From: an uncultured bacterium
Lineage (GTDB): Bacteria > Zixibacteria > MSB-5A5 > UBA10806
Reading direction: 5' to 3'
DNA: 22,665 nt
Assembly: GCA_965541585.1 (NCBI GenBank)
Contig: CBEUCH010000029.1
Location: 1-22,665 of the forward strand
In this document: piece by piece, positions 18,601-22,665 of the stretch
Layout of the letters: every line of letters starts with the position of its first letter
Numbering within the stretch: the stretch's first letter is position 1
Notes under the pieces: generated by a model
The model's database searches: none
What the model was told of the DNA's origin: nothing
The model's input: the letters and a program-made list of their open reading frames with translations, nothing else
Made by a program: the position numbers and the translations under genes

Positions 18601-20109
18601 ATGAGAAGATTTCTGGTATCGGCCATAATTGTAACTATCTCCATAAACCTGGCGTTGGCACAGTCCAACAGAATAGTCTTCGGGCCGTTAGTAGGCGATG
18701 ACGCCGGAGTTATAACGGTGCGTGGCGGCGATGCTCTTGAGCTCGAGATGTGGGTCCGTACCGATCCCGGTAATCCGGCCCCGTTTATCGGCATAGCTCA
18801 TGGTCTGTTATCCGAGGATGCGATTATCAGCGAGCGCAACGGCGCCGTGATCGATCCGCTATTCGGCATGCCGAACTGGGAGATGGTCTTTGTCGATGGC
18901 CCATTCGTCCATAATCCGAACGATGCTGTTCCGATCCCTGAAGGATATACCAGCGAAGTGCAGAATGCTCTATTCGTGATATTCCAGCCGCCAGTCGGCG
19001 ACCCCCTGGATACCCAGGGAGAATGGGTTTATTACGGTTCATTCCTGGTGACGGTAAATCCGGGGGCACCCGGCGGCGATATATATTATCCGTTTTCAGA
19101 AGGCTGGTACCCGCACAGCGGAGAGGGGACAAGTTGGGCTTTCGAAACACCCCCGGGAGGCAACGTGGTGCCGGAGCAGGATTATGCTGGCCTGGATTTC
19201 CCGCCGCTGATCAATAAAGTTATCATCGGGCCCCGGGAGGGAGACGATGCCGGCGTATTGACTGTGCTTAACGACCAGGATATAGAAATCGATATCTGGG
19301 TCCAGAGCGATCCGGAAAATCCGGGGCCGATCTATGGAGTTCAACATGGCTTGATTTCCGATGATGTCATCATTGCCGCCCGCAATGGAGTTGTGCTTGA
19401 CCCCATTTATGATATGCCGGACTGGGAAGAGGTTTGGGTTGACGGGCCATTCACTCATAACCCTGATGATGATTTTCCTATCCCCGAAGGTTTTACATGT
19501 GAAATGCAGGGCGCCAGTTACACCGTGTTTAATCCTCCTGTAGGCGATCCTCTCGATACCCAGGGGGACTGGGATTACTACGGTTCGTTCTTGATGACTA
19601 CCAATACAGGTGTCCCGATTGAGGAAACATATTATCCTTTTTCGATGGGCTGGTATCCTGAAAACGGAGAGGGAACCCATTGGTCATTCGAGGACCCACC
19701 CGGAGGCCAGATCATACCCGATCAGAGTTACGGCGGTCTGTTCTTTACACTGGAGGGATGCGAATATGTACCGGGCGATTGCGATCACAACTCTGTCCCG
19801 CTGGAATTGACAGACATTCTTGCCATAATCGGCATGTACAGAGGTCAGATACTGCCGATATACACCTGTCCCTGCCCACCTCATGGAATCGAGTTTCTGG
19901 CAGAAGGTGACCCCAATGGCAATTGTACCGCCCTGGAGCTTGATGACGTCGTAATCGAGATAGGCGCTTACAGAGGAGACGTCACGGTATCAGGTTGCGA
20001 GGATTGTCCCGGTTCGATATGGCTGGGACCGGAAGGCCAGGAAAGCGGGGAGGCTGCTCCATCTCTGAAAACCAGGGTCAAGACCGGTGAGGGATCGACA
20101 GCCGAATAG
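18601..20109 (+). CDS. Secreted protein with two ~182-aa tandem repeats (possibly cohesin-like) and a dockerin-like domain
   Basis: Strong RBS AGGAGGAGG and a signal peptide ending ALA. Repeats start near 18667 and 19213 (xGPxxGDDAGV...WVxxDP.NP...PPVGDPLDTQG.W.YYGSFL). C-terminal YVPGDCDHN...GDPNGNC...CPGS. Confidence 0.85.
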   Translation: MRRFLVSAIIVTISINLALAQSNRIVFGPLVGDDAGVITVRGGDALELEMWVRTDPGNPAPFIGIAHGLLSEDAIISERNGAVIDPLFGMPNWEMVFVDGPFVHNPNDAVPIPEGYTSEVQNALFVIFQPPVGDPLDTQGEWVYYGSFLVTVNPGAPGGDIYYPFSEGWYPHSGEGTSWAFETPPGGNVVPEQDYAGLDFPPLINKVIIGPREGDDAGVLTVLNDQDIEIDIWVQSDPENPGPIYGVQHGLISDDVIIAARNGVVLDPIYDMPDWEEVWVDGPFTHNPDDDFPIPEGFTCEMQGASYTVFNPPVGDPLDTQGDWDYYGSFLMTTNTGVPIEETYYPFSMGWYPENGEGTHWSFEDPPGGQIIPDQSYGGLFFTLEGCEYVPGDCDHNSVPLELTDILAIIGMYRGQILPIYTCPCPPHGIEFLAEGDPNGNCTALELDDVVIEIGAYRGDVTVSGCEDCPGSIWLGPEGQESGEAAPSLKTRVKTGEGSTAE

Positions 20110-20144
20110 GACTTAAGCTAATAATCTTTTTGTGAATAAGAATC

Positions 20145-20172
20145 AGGGCTGTTGACTTCGGCCCTTTTTCTT
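20145..20172 (+). terminator. Intrinsic terminator
   Basis: AGGGCTG-TTGACTT-CGGCCCT followed by TTTTCTTT. Confidence 0.65.
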
Positions 20173-20184
20173 TATAATTGGCGG

Positions 20185-20213
20185 TTGACTCCGGAGTCAG
20201 AGGGGAATATCAT
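20185..20213 (+). promoter_or_regulatory. Putative promoter with a perfect 14-bp palindrome
   Basis: TTGACT-17 nt-TATCAT; TGACTCCGGAGTCA at 20186-20199. Confidence 0.45.
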
Positions 20214-20338
20214 CCGTATCGATGAGCTTATGATGGCTTCCCGGAATGACTCGCTATCGGCTCATCCGATTCTTTGATGCAAGATTACCTGCAATGCTAC
20301 AGGGTTTCTCAGTATGGTAATGTAATACGGGCAGTGAG

Positions 20339-21538
20339 ATGTTAAAATGGATAAAAAACCTATATGGCTCCCGCTGGTATACGTCGTTGATGATCTTATT
20401 CCTGACTCTGATCATCTACATGCTTTTTGAAATAAAAAACAACAGGTTCTGGCTCAGTGATTTTCAGGTATACCACGAAGCCGCAGGCAGGATCATCCAG
20501 GGTGACAACCTCTACCAGGGAGAGATAGATGGTTTTTATAAATACAAATATTCCCCCACCGCAGCCGTATTCTTCATCCCGTTCGGGATAATTCCCCTGA
20601 CATTAGCTAAAGTGCTCTACTGGGTATTTTTGTCCTCTATAATCTGCGTCGGATTCTATCTGGCGTTTTCGCTTATTGAGCCACGGTTCAGGGATGAGTC
20701 TCCCACCCGAATCAATAATCTCGTCCTCATATCGGCATTGATCATGGGGGTGCATCTCGAAAGGGAACTCCATCTCGGCCAGGTGAATCATCTCTTGCTG
20801 GTCTCTTATCTGGCGATTCTTTATCTTCTGCGAGAGAACAAGGCTATCCTCGCAGCGCTGATCTGGGCGGCAGGTATATTCTTAAAGCCGTTCGGATTTA
20901 TCCTGTTACCCTATTTTCTGATCAGGCGCAAGTTCAGGCTAACCGGCTATTTTCTGATTTTTCTAATTCTGCTGGTATTATTGCCGGCTATTTTTGTGGG
21001 TTTCTCTAATCTCCCGAATCAGTATTCAAGCTGGCTCGGCGAGCTATCAACTGAGCTTTCACAGAAGCAGGACCTCATTCAGGAGGGAAATCACACCATA
21101 TTCTCGGTTCTGGCCAGATATACTCCCGTAAGATTTCTGGATTTGACGCCATTATTTACGATGTTGTTTCAGTCGTCTGTTCTCCTCTTGATAGCCGTAA
21201 TCATGGTATTTATGATCCGACGTGGGCAGGGTCATGGCAACGGGATGCTTCTGGAATCGTCCTTTCTGATTGCCTTGATACCGTTGTTGTCGTTTACCAG
21301 CTATAATGCTTTCGGATTTTTAGAATTGGCCGTGATTCTGATCCTGTTTAATATGCGGGAATTATCGAGATGGCAACGCCTGTTTGCCATAGCGGGTATG
21401 ATTCTAATCGGGATCAACATACACGATATAATGGGTCATGAATTATGGGAGTCACTCAACGACCTTTCAATGGTAGCTGTTGGGGCCATTCTCGTCCTGG
21501 CTGTCGAAATATCTATGAGGATCAGGAAAATAGTGTAG
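20339..21538 (+). CDS. GT87-like (DUF2029) polytopic membrane glycosyltransferase, GT-C fold
   Basis: Multiple TM helices. Motifs SDFQVYHEAA...G.NLY...YKYSP.AA.FF.PF, LGQVN and LKPF are typical of the GT87 family. Confidence 0.8.
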   Translation: MLKWIKNLYGSRWYTSLMILFLTLIIYMLFEIKNNRFWLSDFQVYHEAAGRIIQGDNLYQGEIDGFYKYKYSPTAAVFFIPFGIIPLTLAKVLYWVFLSSIICVGFYLAFSLIEPRFRDESPTRINNLVLISALIMGVHLERELHLGQVNHLLLVSYLAILYLLRENKAILAALIWAAGIFLKPFGFILLPYFLIRRKFRLTGYFLIFLILLVLLPAIFVGFSNLPNQYSSWLGELSTELSQKQDLIQEGNHTIFSVLARYTPVRFLDLTPLFTMLFQSSVLLLIAVIMVFMIRRGQGHGNGMLLESSFLIALIPLLSFTSYNAFGFLELAVILILFNMRELSRWQRLFAIAGMILIGINIHDIMGHELWESLNDLSMVAVGAILVLAVEISMRIRKIV

Positions 21539-21783
21539 TTATGAGGCAGGATTGCCTGCTGATGAGGGATTGACTTCTGATTTTCCGCTGATGCCCGAAT
21601 AATCGGAAAAGGAGAATCTCATCGGGGCAATTATGATTCTGGCTCCCGATTTTGGCCGTGATAAAACCGGTCAAGCCCTGGAACCGACGAGGGGGTGAAC
21701 CAGGTTGTTAAAGTTTGAAACAGCTTTTCCGATATACTGATATGGGGCTGTTTAAAAGCTGCTTGTGGAAAGCAAAAAAAGTC

Positions 21784-21910
21784 TTGACAGCGGTAATTTG
21801 ACAAGGTAGTTTAGTAACCGGCTGAAGGGGTTAAGGCCCTGGAAGAGACTTGATAAAAAATGAAGAAACGACGATTTTGGGCTTGACATGATCTTTTAAA
21901 ATAGTATTGT
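21784..21910 (+). promoter_or_regulatory. Tandem rrn promoters (P1/P2-like)
   Basis: TTGACA(21784)-17 nt-TAGTTT preceded by an A-tract, and TTGACA(21883)-16 nt-TATTGT. Confidence 0.65.
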
Positions 21911-21947
21911 ATGAGTCTGCCGACGATAGGAGGCAGGCTTTTTTTGG

Positions 21948-21977
21948 CCCTGCATAGACAGGGAAGCTCTTTGAAAA
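21948..21977 (+). promoter_or_regulatory. rrn antitermination elements: boxB-like hairpin and boxA
   Basis: CCCTG-CATAGA-CAGGG hairpin followed by GCTCTTTGAAAA (boxA-like). Confidence 0.75.
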
Positions 21978-22105
21978 TCGAATAGCGTGCACAAATTCGG
22001 ACCCGTCGATTTAATACGGACCGAAGCTTTGTCTTCGGTCGACATTTTATCTGACGAACAACGAAGGTTGAACGAAAGTTTAACTCGCGTTTGTTTTAGA
22101 GTTAT

Positions 22106-22665
<560 letters not shown>

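Noticed and set aside
535..20791. Numerous short alternate-frame and antisense ORFs, including 12115..12804 (229 aa) and 19096..19680 (194 aa)
   Set aside because: They lie within or opposite well-supported + strand genes and have no motifs; they are expected shadows of GC-moderate, repetitive coding DNA.
222..21538. tRNA-integrated genomic island or prophage
   Set aside because: No integrase, no duplicated tRNA 3' end seen, and the same CTD protein family also lies upstream of the tRNA.

Overview
Bacterial chromosomal segment with every supported gene on the + strand. It starts with the 3' end of a secreted protein, a REP-like element, tRNA-Thr(CGT) and an ACT-domain gene. A ~19 kb array of nine signal-peptide surface or secreted protein genes follows, then a GT87-like membrane glycosyltransferase, an rrn promoter/leader and the 5' part of a 16S rRNA gene. 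The nine proteins use three C-terminal tail types. Four end in IPTL-CTERM, two (plus the upstream partial gene) in an FlgD/T9SS-type-A-like 'QNYPNPFN...MxLLK' domain, and three in a Cys-rich dockerin-like domain followed by a 30-aa PxLK...E tail. IPTL genes alternate with non-IPTL genes, and the tails and intergenic spacers are conserved while the passenger domains are unrelated. One protein carries two putative cohesin-like repeats. This combination suggests an FCB-associated lineage such as Ca. Zixibacteria (inference, not verified). No integrase, transposase, reverse transcriptase or CRISPR array was seen.
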